Counted from the first letter of the stretch, positions 33,404 to 43,493 are shown. The stretch is 64,000 nt of DNA from a bacterium (GCA_965203325.1 OZ241875.1:2176001-2240000), one strand, 5' to 3'. A program made the numbers and translations. The notes: a model not told the origin generated them from the letters alone.

Positions 33404-35737
33404 TCACTCACCGGCGCGCTGCTCCAGCACCCGGAGCAACTCCATGATGCTGTCGAGCGCTTCCGCCGCGCCGAGTTCCTGAAAGATGAGGCGCGCCTCG
33501 GTCAAACATTCGCGCGAGGCCTCCCATTCGCGCCCCTCGAAATGCACCCGGCCCAGGCTCCCGAGCGCTACTCCCTGAGCGAGAACGCTCCCTTGTTCGC
33601 GGTTGATCTCCAGGGCCGCCTCATACGCCTCGCGCGCTTCGGGCAAATCGCCCCGCGCGTAGTGAATGTTCCCCATGCCGCTCAGGTTCGCCGCCTCGCC
33701 TTTTCTGTTCTCGAGTCCGCGATTCAGCCGCAAGGCGTTCTCGTAATACCGGAGCGCGCGCGTGAATTGCTCCTGCGCCGCAAAGCACACCCCCATTTGA
33801 GAGTACACCAGCGCTTCACCCGCCTTGTCTGCGATTTTCTGGCAGAGGCTCAGCGCATCATCGAGGCTCACCTGCGCCGACTCGTACTCGCCCGCTTCCG
33901 TCAAGACGGAAGCCAGCGCGGTGTGCGCCCGCGCCTCGTTGCGCCTGTTTCCCGACCTGTGGAACAGGTGCGCCGCCTCGGAAAGGTGCTCTCCGGCCTT
34001 TTCCTTGTCCCCCAGACGGCGGAACAACCGGCCGACACGCATGCGCAAGGTGGATAGTTGCTCAAGCCCTCCCTCCGGCCCGATATAGGCGAGCGCCTTC
34101 TCGTAGGATTCCGTCGCCTTCTCGTCATCACCCTTTCGCTGGTAGAAATACCCCATGTTCCGGGAGACTACCGCCAGCACCGAAATATCCCGACCCGCCT
34201 CGCGGAATGCCTCGCGGGAATAGGAAATCGCAGGCTCCACCTTTTCCCGCAGATAAGAAGCCACGGCCAGCGCGTTGAGAACGGGCGCGAGTCGACTCGC
34301 GCGCCGCAGCGATTCCTTGAGGTGTTCCGTCGCATCCTCAGCGCGCCCCAGAATTATCTCGAGAATGGCCAGACGCAGATATTCTTCGGAAGCCGGCGAC
34401 TGCCGGGTTCTCTCGCGTTGACCGAGGTCGATGCCGGCGGCGTTCACGACGCCCGGGGTCCAGGCGGGAAGCTCATGCTCCACGTTTTCCGCCAGGAGCA
34501 AATCTCCCGGATAAATATCCGCCACGAGTTCGCTTATCAATTCAGAGGGCGTGTTCGCCGGAGCCTCATGCGAGGCGGCGGGCGGCAACGCTACGCCGGG
34601 AGCGAATTGCCCCGCATCGTCGTCCGCAGGAAAATCAAGTTCCTCGGGTTCTTCGCCCAAGGCGGCGCCCTGCGAGAAAGCGTCATCATCGACGCGTTCA
34701 CGCTGAATGAGAGAAATGAGATCTACCTCGCCAACACCCGCCGCGGCTTCTTCTTCCGGCTCCGGGGCCGAAGGCGCCTCCTCGGACTCAAGGGCTTGTG
34801 GATGGGGAGAAACCTTATCGGATCCAGCTTCCGCGAGAAGCAGAACTTCGGGCTGAAACGACGGCGGCTCATCTTCTTGCTCTTCGAGTTGTGGTTCCGG
34901 CGGCGATTCGTCCGCGGCTTCCGAAACCTCATCATCCTCTCGCTCCTCACGCACAGAATCTGCGGGAGCATCCGCCACGTCCTCGCCCTCATGCGTGAGG
35001 CGGAGGGCGCCTTCCTCTTCATCATCAGCAGGCACATCGGCGGCGGAAACCGCGTCGTCGCGGACCTCGCTCACAGCGGGAATCCGCATGCGCAGCGGAG
35101 CGTCCGCGCCTTCACTCGTTTCGCCAGTTCCTGAAACCTCTTCCTCATCGGCGAGGGCGCTTTCAGCCTCGAATTGCGTTTCGCGTCGAGGTTCGGCTCC
35201 CGCCGGCAACTCATCCGCCCCGCGAGGGGATTCCGCATCGAGGGGAGCGGGCAATCCCTCCCACCAGGGAGCCTCCGACTCCGGGGCGGACTCTTCATCC
35301 ACGGGGAGCGCAGGCTTTTCGTCATCTTCCGAAATGGCCTCGTCCTGTGTTTTCGGAGGGAGGAACTCATCCTCTTCGAGCACCTCGCGGCCTTCCTGCC
35401 CGATGACCCGCACACCTTCGTCTACGTGATCCAGAGATTCCGGGGAATCCCCGGCTGCCTCACGGAAGCTTCCGCTCTGCGCCGCTTCTTGTTGTTCCTC
35501 TTGGTGGTCCTCATCGACGTCCGGAATGAAATCGTCGATGAAGCGCGAGGAAACATCCTCCCAGCCCGCAGGCGCGCTGCCCCCGGACCCGCCTTCCCAA
35601 ACGCCGCCCCATTCAGGCGCCGAATCTCTTACGCGCCTCAGGGCGCGACGGCGCGTCCATATAACGACGGGAATGCTCAAAAGGGCGAGCACGCCCACGG
35701 CGCCGAACACCGTCTTCCATGTAGCCATTTCAAACAT
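33404..35737 (-). CDS. Membrane-anchored protein with a long acidic low-complexity linker and C-terminal TPR repeats
   Basis: N-terminal hydrophobic helix, about 400 aa D/E/P-rich region, TPR-type repeats (YENALRL, GEAANLSGMGNIH). Confidence 0.75.
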   Translation of the reverse strand: MFEMATWKTVFGAVGVLALLSIPVVIWTRRRALRRVRDSAPEWGGVWEGGSGGSAPAGWEDVSSRFIDDFIPDVDEDHQEEQQEAAQSGSFREAAGDSPESLDHVDEGVRVIGQEGREVLEEDEFLPPKTQDEAISEDDEKPALPVDEESAPESEAPWWEGLPAPLDAESPRGADELPAGAEPRRETQFEAESALADEEEVSGTGETSEGADAPLRMRIPAVSEVRDDAVSAADVPADDEEEGALRLTHEGEDVADAPADSVREEREDDEVSEAADESPPEPQLEEQEDEPPSFQPEVLLLAEAGSDKVSPHPQALESEEAPSAPEPEEEAAAGVGEVDLISLIQRERVDDDAFSQGAALGEEPEELDFPADDDAGQFAPGVALPPAASHEAPANTPSELISELVADIYPGDLLLAENVEHELPAWTPGVVNAAGIDLGQRERTRQSPASEEYLRLAILEIILGRAEDATEHLKESLRRASRLAPVLNALAVASYLREKVEPAISYSREAFREAGRDISVLAVVSRNMGYFYQRKGDDEKATESYEKALAYIGPEGGLEQLSTLRMRVGRLFRRLGDKEKAGEHLSEAAHLFHRSGNRRNEARAHTALASVLTEAGEYESAQVSLDDALSLCQKIADKAGEALVYSQMGVCFAAQEQFTRALRYYENALRLNRGLENRKGEAANLSGMGNIHYARGDLPEAREAYEAALEINREQGSVLAQGVALGSLGRVHFEGREWEASRECLTEARLIFQELGAAEALDSIMELLRVLEQRAGE

Positions 35738-37340
35738 TCGCTCTCTCCCGCCGCGGGAGTTTGCGCAGGGCGCGGCCGGGGCGCGCCCCGGTATGGCTTC
35801 CACCCTCAACGACGACCTCTCCGTTCACGAGAACCATCTCGATTCCCGAGGGATATGCAATGGGGCGTTCATAGGTGCACTCATCGCGTATCTCGTCGGG
35901 ATCGAACAAAACGAGGTCGGCCTTCATTCCGACCGCGAGTCGTCCCCGTTCCGCCATGCCCAACCGCGCGGCGGGAGCGGAGGTCATCTTCCGGATCGCT
36001 TCGGCCATCGGGAAGAGCCCCTCGTCCCGCGCCAGCGCGCCCAAGACGAAGGGAAAGGTGCCGAAATTTCTCGGGTGCGGCCTGCCGGCGCCCAGGGGAG
36101 GCTCGTGCGAGAGCGCGCCCGCGTCCGAACCCACCATGGCGTAGGGTTTCCGAAGAATGCGGCGCATGTTCTCGGGACTCATCATGAAAATGAGAATCTC
36201 GACGTTCATGCGCTCCTCGATCAGCAAATCGAGCATCGCATCCACAGGGGCCGTATTCCGGACATCGCCCAGGCGGGCGAGCGTGAGACCCTCGCAAGGC
36301 TGGTTCGCCTCCGTGAAGACGCGGCTGATCAGGATGTTCTCCCAATAGGAAGATTCGGGGTGCGCTCGTGCGATTTCGTCCCGAATCTTCGCCCTGCTGT
36401 CCGGGTTCACGAGGCGCTCCACCTTCTCACCGAGAGCGCCGTCATGCGCCCAATCGGGCAACAATGCGCTCAGGTGGGTGTTCGAGGCCGTATAGGGATA
36501 GCGATCGCAGGTCACGTCCTCGCCCCTCGCGCGCGCGCGCTCGATGCGCTCGAAGGCCTCATCGAGCTTGTCCCAATTCCGCTCGCCCGCCGTCTTCAAA
36601 TGGCTGATCTGAAGCGGCAGCCCCACCGATGCGGCAGCACTTATCACCTCGTCCATCGCTTCGAGCAAACCGTCTCCCTCGCTGCGCATGTGGGTGGCCA
36701 GTAATCCCCCGCCTCGCGCCGAGACCCGGCAAAGGGCCGTGAGTTCGTCCTTATCCGCGAAACAGGCCGGGGCGTAGACCAATCCGGTGGAGAGGCCGAA
36801 AGCCCCCTGCTCCATTCCCGCGGAGAGCATCCCTTCCATCGCGGCGAGTTCCTCCGCGCGGGCCGGGCGCGCCTCACCCCCCATCACGCTCGCGCGAATC
36901 GTGTTGTGGCCGACCAGATGGGCGTAGTTGATCGATACACCCACCTCGTCCACATGGTCGAGGTGCCCGCCTACGCTCTGAAACGGGAGTTCCAGGTCGA
37001 ATTGCTCCCGATACCATTTCTTGCGCTCCTCGGCCTCGGCCCCGTGAATCGGCGAGGCGGCGTAGCCGCAGTTGCCTCCCACGTCGGTCGTCACCCCCTG
37101 GCGGACCTTCGCGTGCGCCTCGGGATTGATGAGGAGGTAATAATCGGAATGTCCGTGAATGTCGACGAACCCGGGACTCAGGGCCAGGCCCCTCGCGTCG
37201 ACCTCGCGATGAGCGGAGCCGCTCACTTCGGGACCGACCTCCGCGATGACATCACCGCGAACGGCGAGCGCGCCTTCATACGGGAGGTCGCCCAGACCAT
37301 CGAATATCATGGCATGGTGAAATATGACGTCATACATCAT
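35730..37340 (-). CDS. N-acyl-D-amino-acid deacylase (D-aminoacylase)
   Basis: PGFVDIHGHSD, QGVTT...GNCG, STGLVY.P, HMRSE, SHLK, HPR..GTFP, ADLVLFDP. Confidence 0.92.
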   Translation of the reverse strand: MMYDVIFHHAMIFDGLGDLPYEGALAVRGDVIAEVGPEVSGSAHREVDARGLALSPGFVDIHGHSDYYLLINPEAHAKVRQGVTTDVGGNCGYAASPIHGAEAEERKKWYREQFDLELPFQSVGGHLDHVDEVGVSINYAHLVGHNTIRASVMGGEARPARAEELAAMEGMLSAGMEQGAFGLSTGLVYAPACFADKDELTALCRVSARGGGLLATHMRSEGDGLLEAMDEVISAAASVGLPLQISHLKTAGERNWDKLDEAFERIERARARGEDVTCDRYPYTASNTHLSALLPDWAHDGALGEKVERLVNPDSRAKIRDEIARAHPESSYWENILISRVFTEANQPCEGLTLARLGDVRNTAPVDAMLDLLIEERMNVEILIFMMSPENMRRILRKPYAMVGSDAGALSHEPPLGAGRPHPRNFGTFPFVLGALARDEGLFPMAEAIRKMTSAPAARLGMAERGRLAVGMKADLVLFDPDEIRDECTYERPIAYPSGIEMVLVNGEVVVEGGSHTGARPGRALRKLPRRERANV

Positions 37341-37406
37341 GGACTGCCCAAGGCGGATTCTGCTCGACCGTCTATCATAGCAGGAAAGCGAATTATGGGC
37401 GAATCT

Positions 37407-38624
37407 TCATTCGCCTGCAATCGGCGGCGCGCCCGACGCCCATTTCCCGCCTATCATCGCGGCGATCGGCTCCATGGAACCGGGTTCGAGAACGCAAATA
37501 TCGGCGGGCAGACCCGGGGCGAGACGGCCCTGCCCGGATCCCAAACCCAAGACGCGCGCGGGGTTTCGCGTGGCCGTCGCCAGAGCGCAAGCGGTGTCGA
37601 GCTCACACCAATGCCTGAGCCGGGGGAGCATCCCCGAGAGCGCGAGGCGGCTGCCGGTCAATACGCCCTTGCGCATCACCGCGTCGCCCGGCGTCTCGCC
37701 GCTCGTCCCGTCCAGGCCGGCTCGGGGCCTTAATCCCCCGTCGGCCACCAGGTCCGAGGTGAGGACCGTGCGCTCCCAGCCCCTAGCGCGAACGAACGAC
37801 GCGAGCGATTGCTGTGCCACGTGCACACCGTCCGCAATCAGGCCGGCGGAAAGCCTCCCGTCGTTCTGCACGTAATCCATCGGCGAGGCGCTCCTGTGCG
37901 CGGGCGTCTCCGGTTGGCCGTAGCGATTGAACGCATGGACCGCGAACGCGCCGCCCGCCTCCAGAAACGCCTCCACGCAAGCGGCCGAAGCCCGGGTGTG
38001 GCCAATGGCGGGAACGACGCCCTTCTCCGCCAGCCAGCGTGCGAAATCCGCCGCGCCCGGCACTTCGGGGGATAGCGTCACCATAGCCAGTCCAGGCGCG
38101 CCGTTCACGCCCCACCCCCCGGCGGCTCGCGCGATCGCCTCGACCTCTTCTTTCGAGGGTACGCGAATCTGCTCTCGCGGATGCGCCCCCCTCATCTCCG
38201 GCTCCAGGTACGGCCCCTCCAGGTGAACGCCCAGGATGCGCGCCTCGGCGCAGGCAGCTTCTTGCTGAAGAGCCCACGCTTCGCTCACCACGCAGGCCGC
38301 GTCGATCAACTCGTCCCGGGAAGCCGTGGTGAGTGTGGGCAGAAAAGCGGTCGTTCCGCGCCTCGCCAAGCCCCGGGCGATACGCCGCACGCCGGCGGCG
38401 TCCGCCGCGAGCAGCGCATCCGCGCCCAGGCCGTTCACCTGGAGATCCACGAAGCCGGGGCACACCAGCGCGCCCCCGAGGTCGAGCACCTCGTCCGCGG
38501 GGGCCGATGGACAGGCGCCGCGCGGCCCCACATACGACAAAACGCCCTCCTCGATAACGAGGAGGGCGTCCGCCATTCTCTCGAGCGGCGTATGCGCCGT
38601 CACGCCCACGAGGCGCAGGGCCAT
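37407..38624 (-). CDS. nagA: N-acetylglucosamine-6-phosphate deacetylase
   Basis: PGFVDLQVNG, GTTAFLPT, GVHLEGPY, GAHP, GHT, IADGVH, LTGS, NPA. Confidence 0.85.
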   Translation of the reverse strand: MALRLVGVTAHTPLERMADALLVIEEGVLSYVGPRGACPSAPADEVLDLGGALVCPGFVDLQVNGLGADALLAADAAGVRRIARGLARRGTTAFLPTLTTASRDELIDAACVVSEAWALQQEAACAEARILGVHLEGPYLEPEMRGAHPREQIRVPSKEEVEAIARAAGGWGVNGAPGLAMVTLSPEVPGAADFARWLAEKGVVPAIGHTRASAACVEAFLEAGGAFAVHAFNRYGQPETPAHRSASPMDYVQNDGRLSAGLIADGVHVAQQSLASFVRARGWERTVLTSDLVADGGLRPRAGLDGTSGETPGDAVMRKGVLTGSRLALSGMLPRLRHWCELDTACALATATRNPARVLGLGSGQGRLAPGLPADICVLEPGSMEPIAAMIGGKWASGAPPIAGE

Positions 38625-38633
38625 GGCGCGGGC

Positions 38634-39239
38634 CTACTTCTTCTTTGCGCTTTTTTTCAGTTCCTCGCGCACTTTCGCGTTCGCGTCGATGAGCGACTCG
38701 ACGTTCCCTTTCGCCACCTCGTACAGGGAGGATTGCACCCGTTCGAGTATCAGGCGGCCCGCCAGTGTGGTGACGCCCGGGACTTTGGGCGGCATTTCCT
38801 CATTGCTTGCGCCTTTCGCAACCGCCTCGATGTCCTTGAGGATTTCCCGGTTGTCGTAAAGCTCATTCTCCGCATACTGATATGTGAGCTTCACGTAATC
38901 CCTTTCTTTTCTCTCCTGGTCGCGCGTCTCGCGGACGATGTTCTCCATATCGGCCGAGACGGGTTTTTTCGCCGATTTGTTGCGTTTCTCAATCTGTTTG
39001 AAATACTTGGCGTGATCGTAGGAAGCAGGCAGTTCCTCACCGGGTATCTTCGAGCTGATCTCGAAGCGAATCGCCTTGTCCGAATCCACGAATTTCGGCG
39101 GGCCAATCTCGTAGGTGATGCCCTCGACGTTGAACCGATCCCCCTTCTTGGGCTCGAACTCCTTTTGTAAATCTTTCGTTAAGCGGTTCAGCGTGACGGA
39201 AGCGGTTTCCACGAAAAGCTGCGCTTGAAGTGAAGACAT
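38634..39239 (-). CDS. Hypothetical charged protein (201 aa)
   Basis: Long ORF with a strong GGAGG RBS before MSSLQAQ; no family recognised. Confidence 0.7.
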   Translation of the reverse strand: MSSLQAQLFVETASVTLNRLTKDLQKEFEPKKGDRFNVEGITYEIGPPKFVDSDKAIRFEISSKIPGEELPASYDHAKYFKQIEKRNKSAKKPVSADMENIVRETRDQERKERDYVKLTYQYAENELYDNREILKDIEAVAKGASNEEMPPKVPGVTTLAGRLILERVQSSLYEVAKGNVESLIDANAKVREELKKSAKKK

Positions 39240-39446
39240 TTTCAACCTCCTTGATTCCAAAGACAAATCAGAGGATGGAACATGCCCCAGCGGAACGAAT
39301 GCGTCAAGACCCGAGGCGGTGTTTCGAGAACCCGTATGACGACAAAAAAGCATCCGCCCTTCCATCGGCGAGAGAGGATATATGTGATACGCTCGCGCTG
39401 TTCCAGCGCGCATCATCCTTCAATCTTTGAAAAGGAGCGATTTCCG

Positions 39447-40373
39447 ATGGCAGGGCCCGTCCACATCCGCATCGGGGGCTATTCCCCGCCCGACACCTCC
39501 CACAGCCGCGCGATGGTCCTCTTCCGGGAGAAGATGAGCGAGCGGCTGGGGGAGGAAGTCAAAACAGACATCTTCTGGAACGTGATGGACTTCGGCTACG
39601 GCGCGCCCGACCTCCTCGTCATGGTGGAATGCGGAATGCTCGGCATGTGCTATTTCTCGACGAGCTATCTCGCCGACAGGGTGCCCGAACTCGAGATCGT
39701 CGACCTGCCCTTCACCTTCGAGGATTCCGCCCACGCCTACGGCGCGCTCGACGGTGCGCTCGGCGCGCACCTGAGCGAGCGAATCGAGGCGCAGACCGGC
39801 TACAAGAACCTGGGCTTTTGGGACAACGGCTTCCGCCACCTCTCGAACAGCGTCCGCGACGTGAGGAGGCCCGAAGACTGCCGGGGTCTCAGAATCCGCT
39901 TGCAGCCCAACGAGACGCACGTCAGGACCTTTGAACTCCTGGGAGCCGAGCCCGTGCCGGTGGAGCTCAAGGAAGGAATCGCCATGATCGAATCGGGCCA
40001 AGTGGACGCGCAGGAAAACCCGCTCTCCAACACCGTGACCTACGGCGTCACGAACCACCAAAGGCGCATCACGATGAGCGGGCACTTCTACGGCGCGCGC
40101 GCCCTGCTCGCCCACCGGGAGAGCTTCAATGCCTGGCCCGCGCAGGTCCAGGAGGCGGCGCGCGTGTGCATCCGCGAAGCCATCGACCATCAAAGAGAGG
40201 CCGCACAGGCGGGGGAGATCGCCATTCGCAGGCGCCTCGAAGAAGAGGGCGTTTCCTTCGTGGACCTGAGCGATGCGGAGCGCGCTGCGTTCACGGAGGC
40301 CACCGAACCCATCCGCGCCGAAGCCAGGGAAAGACTCGGGAACGAGCTGTTCGATTTGGCGATGAAGAAATAG
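39447..40373 (+). CDS. TRAP transporter DctP-family solute-binding protein (no signal peptide)
   Basis: DLPF, WDNGFRH, DCRGLRIR, GQVDAQENP; AGGAG RBS before MAGPVH. Confidence 0.85.
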   Translation: MAGPVHIRIGGYSPPDTSHSRAMVLFREKMSERLGEEVKTDIFWNVMDFGYGAPDLLVMVECGMLGMCYFSTSYLADRVPELEIVDLPFTFEDSAHAYGALDGALGAHLSERIEAQTGYKNLGFWDNGFRHLSNSVRDVRRPEDCRGLRIRLQPNETHVRTFELLGAEPVPVELKEGIAMIESGQVDAQENPLSNTVTYGVTNHQRRITMSGHFYGARALLAHRESFNAWPAQVQEAARVCIREAIDHQREAAQAGEIAIRRRLEEEGVSFVDLSDAERAAFTEATEPIRAEARERLGNELFDLAMKK

Positions 40374-40485
40374 GGCGACCCCGATCGCCTCGGACCTCCT
40401 CGCCATCGCGTCCCCACTGCGGTTAAAATCCATGACCGAACAAGTTGAAACGAGAACGGATTATTCATAGAAGGCGCGGAAAACC

Positions 40486-41475
40486 TTGCGTATAGGCTAC
40501 ATTGCCGCATCCCTGCTCGGCATCACCATCGTTGGCACAGCCGGCTATACCCTGATTGAGGGGTGGTCTCTCGTCGAGTCATTCTATATGACGATGATCA
40601 CCGTCACGACCGTAGGCTTCAACGAGGTGCGTGAACTGAGCACGGCAGGGCGCATGTTCACCGTGGCGCTCATCGTCGTGGGCGTAGGCTTGGTGTTCTA
40701 CGGAATCGCCATCATCGCCGAGGTGAGGTTCGAAGAGAGGGTGCGTCAGATTTTCGGGAGGCGAAAACTGGTGAAAGAACTCGACAAACTCGAAAACCAT
40801 CACATCATCTGCGGGTACGGGCGCATCGGCTCCACCGTCGCGGCGGAATACGCCAGAGAGTCGCTGCCCCACGTCATCATCGAGAACGACGCGTCCATCG
40901 CCGCGCACCTCGATCAGGAGGGGCGCCTAGTGCTCCTCGGCGACGCCACGCTGGACGAAACCCTCATAGAGGCGCACGTGGAGAAGGCGAAGAGCCTCGT
41001 CTGCGCACTGGCCACCGACGCGGAAAACGTGTTCGTCACCCTCTCGGCGCGGGCGCTGAACCCCGATCTCTTTATCCTGAGCCGCGCGGCGCTCGAGAGT
41101 TCCATCGGCAAGATGGAGGCGGCGGGCGCGAACCACGTGGTCTCGCCCTACATCATGGGCGGCATGCGCATCGCGCAGTCCGTTCTGAGACCCAAGCTCG
41201 CCGGCTTTCTCGACGAGGTGATCGGCCACGCGACGACGGACCTGGACTTCGACGAAGTGACCGTGCCCGAAGGCTCGGATCTCGTCGGCATGGCGCTCAG
41301 GGAATCGAAGATCAGCCAGGAGACCGGCGTGTACCTGCTCTCCATCCGCCACAACAGCGGGGAGATGCGCTTCAACCCGGGGGCCGATTTTGAAATCCAG
41401 GCGGGAGACCACCTCTACGCCCTGGGCACGCCCGAGCAGGTGGAATCCCTGCGCAGGCGCATCCTCGCGAAATAG
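40486..41475 (+). CDS. Potassium channel with TrkA-N/TrkA-C (RCK) domains
   Basis: Pore motif TTVGF, CGYGRIG Rossmann motif, GDAT, VVSPY. Confidence 0.9.
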   Translation: MRIGYIAASLLGITIVGTAGYTLIEGWSLVESFYMTMITVTTVGFNEVRELSTAGRMFTVALIVVGVGLVFYGIAIIAEVRFEERVRQIFGRRKLVKELDKLENHHIICGYGRIGSTVAAEYARESLPHVIIENDASIAAHLDQEGRLVLLGDATLDETLIEAHVEKAKSLVCALATDAENVFVTLSARALNPDLFILSRAALESSIGKMEAAGANHVVSPYIMGGMRIAQSVLRPKLAGFLDEVIGHATTDLDFDEVTVPEGSDLVGMALRESKISQETGVYLLSIRHNSGEMRFNPGADFEIQAGDHLYALGTPEQVESLRRRILAK

Positions 41476-41501
41476 CCAGACTGCCACCTTACTTCGCCCC
41501 G

Positions 41502-42236
41502 CTAATCGAACGCGTCCAAATTCAAGTCCTGCCCCAAGCGAAGGAGCTTATCTGCGGCCTCGGTGCCCGGGGCTGCGCGCGCGACAATCTCTTCTACACC
41601 CGCCAGATAGGGGATCACGCCCAAGAGTGGAGCGTCCACCCCGCAAAGCTCGGCGATGGCGGCCGGGTTGCGCTCCGTCGCCGGCGCCGCCTCTCCCGTC
41701 GTGTCGGAGAGGATGACGCCCAGAATCGTAAGGCCCTGCCTTCTCGCCTCCCGCACGCTCAAGAGCGTGTGGTTGATGGTCCCGAGCCCCAGCGGGGCGA
41801 CTATGACCAAGGCCAGATTCGCGCGGCGCGCCAGATCGCTCATCAAGACGCCTTCGGCCAAAGGGGCGAGAAGACCGCCCGCGCCCTCGACGAGCAGAGG
41901 GCCTCGTTCTTTTTTGAGGGCCTCTACCTGCGCGACGATGCGCCCCGCATCCGGCGGCTCGCCCTCTCGCTCTGCCGCATGAGCGGGCGTGAGTGGAATT
42001 TCGTACCTGTAGGGGCAAATCTCCTCAAGCGGCCTCGGGTCGCCCGCCGCCGTCTTTAAGGCCAGGGCGTCTGTGGGAACGAGGCGTCCGCCCTCGCGCG
42101 AGCAGCCCGATTCAGCGGGCTTCATCACCCTGGGGCTTCTTCCCTCAGCCGCCCAGTGGGCCGCGATGACGCAGCCCGCCACCGTCTTTCCCACGCCGGT
42201 TCCCGTTCCGGTCAAAAAGATGGCAATATCGGACAT
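41502..42236 (-). CDS. bioD: Dethiobiotin synthase
   Basis: FLTGTGTGVGKT, KPAESG, VEGAGG, LGTINH. Confidence 0.92.
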   Translation of the reverse strand: MSDIAIFLTGTGTGVGKTVAGCVIAAHWAAEGRSPRVMKPAESGCSREGGRLVPTDALALKTAAGDPRPLEEICPYRYEIPLTPAHAAEREGEPPDAGRIVAQVEALKKERGPLLVEGAGGLLAPLAEGVLMSDLARRANLALVIVAPLGLGTINHTLLSVREARRQGLTILGVILSDTTGEAAPATERNPAAIAELCGVDAPLLGVIPYLAGVEEIVARAAPGTEAADKLLRLGQDLNLDAFD

Positions 42237-42263
42237 CGGATGAACCTCACAAGGAGCCTGAAA

Positions 42264-42494
42264 ATGAGCCGCGCCAAAACCATCGACCTCACGGGCGAAC
42301 TCTGCCCCATGAACTGGGTGCGAACCAAGCTCGCGCTCGAGGCGATGGCGCCGGGCGATACGCTCGAAGTATGGCTCGACGCGGGTGAGGCCGCCACCAG
42401 CGTCCCCGGAAGCGCCGCCGCCGAGGGCCACACCATCCAGAGTGCAACGCCGGACGATGAGGGCCGCGTGCGGGTTGTGATTCGGAAAAACTAA
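42264..42494 (+). CDS. TusA/SirA-family sulfur carrier
   Basis: IDLTGELCPMN, LEVWLD, 76 aa, AAGGAG RBS. Confidence 0.85.
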   Translation: MSRAKTIDLTGELCPMNWVRTKLALEAMAPGDTLEVWLDAGEAATSVPGSAAAEGHTIQSATPDDEGRVRVVIRKN

Positions 42495-42562
42495 TCAGCA
42501 CCGAATATACTCAGCCTTTCCCATTGCCGCCGCAATTTCGTAGCTAAAGAATACGCCAGGTT

Positions 42563-42595
42563 ATAGTTGACTTAAAGCCAACTATCGGCGATATT
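42563..42595 (+). promoter_or_regulatory. TA promoter with an overlapping palindromic operator
   Basis: Inverted repeat ATAGTTG-aCTTaAAGc-CAACTAT (42563-42585) covering TTGACT (42567-42572); GATATT 17 bp downstream. Confidence 0.65.
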
Positions 42596-42613
42596 CGACA
42601 AGGAGACTGTTGT

Positions 42614-42922
42614 TTGGCTCGGGACAGGCTTTCTCCGAAGCAAGCGAAAGAAAATGCCGCCCTTTTCTGGTCGCGCGGATGGGCGATCATCACGCCGCAT
42701 TGTCAGCGGAGAATGAATGAACGGAATGTCTCCTTTAACGATATTACTTACTTGCTAAATCATGGCGAAGTCGTCGACGACAAATCAGTGTACGACGATG
42801 AAAACATGGCATGGGAATATTTCATCGCGGGCGTGGATATTGATGGCGTAGCGCTAGTAGCCATATTCTCTATCGACTCAGAGGATAGTGAAATCACCCT
42901 GATAACGGTGCGAGATATATGA
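42614..42922 (+). CDS. DUF4258-like putative type II toxin
   Basis: ITPHCQRRMNERNVS..DI, C-terminal LITV; upstream of an MqsA-like antitoxin. Confidence 0.7.
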   Translation: MARDRLSPKQAKENAALFWSRGWAIITPHCQRRMNERNVSFNDITYLLNHGEVVDDKSVYDDENMAWEYFIAGVDIDGVALVAIFSIDSEDSEITLITVRDI

Positions 42923-42941
42923 ACACTCAAAGGGGAAAATC

Positions 42942-43430
42942 ATGAAATGCAGGGAGTGCGGTCAAGACTACGTGGAGTCAACGGGAGACTACCATTTCAA
43001 GTTATCCGGGCTGGACAACGCATACATCGAGGATGCGCATCTCATCAAATGCGGATGCGGCGAGGGTCTGAAAATCAAAAGTATGGTTTTGGTGCTGGAC
43101 GAACTCGGCAACGCCGTCATCAACAAGCCCGGTCCCCTGAACGGGCAGGAAATCCGCTACTTGAGAAAAAACGCCGGCCTGAGCGCCCGGGAATTCGCCA
43201 GATTGCTGGAGGTGGATCACACCACGCTCTCGAAATGGGAAAACGGAAGAGCGCCCGGGCGACCGAACGACCTGTTGATCCGTCTCGCCTATGCGGCATG
43301 GAAAGGGTACGAACACCCGAAACGGATTTTCGATATTTTCGAAAAGGTGCGTAAACAGAGAAAGCGGAATATCGCCATCAAGCTCATTCCTGCCGCCAGG
43401 GAAGGTTTCGAGGTCGAATACGCCGCGTAG
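42942..43430 (+). CDS. MqsA/YgiT-type zinc-ribbon + XRE HTH antitoxin
   Basis: MKCRECG ... CGCG zinc ribbon; IRYLRK..GLS.REFA.LL.V...TLSKWENG HTH. Confidence 0.85.
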   Translation: MKCRECGQDYVESTGDYHFKLSGLDNAYIEDAHLIKCGCGEGLKIKSMVLVLDELGNAVINKPGPLNGQEIRYLRKNAGLSAREFARLLEVDHTTLSKWENGRAPGRPNDLLIRLAYAAWKGYEHPKRIFDIFEKVRKQRKRNIAIKLIPAAREGFEVEYAA

Positions 43431-43493
43431 ACCCTCGTGCCGATTGAGCAAAACAACCCCCGGAGAAGCAGGCCGCTCCACCCTACCCACTAA

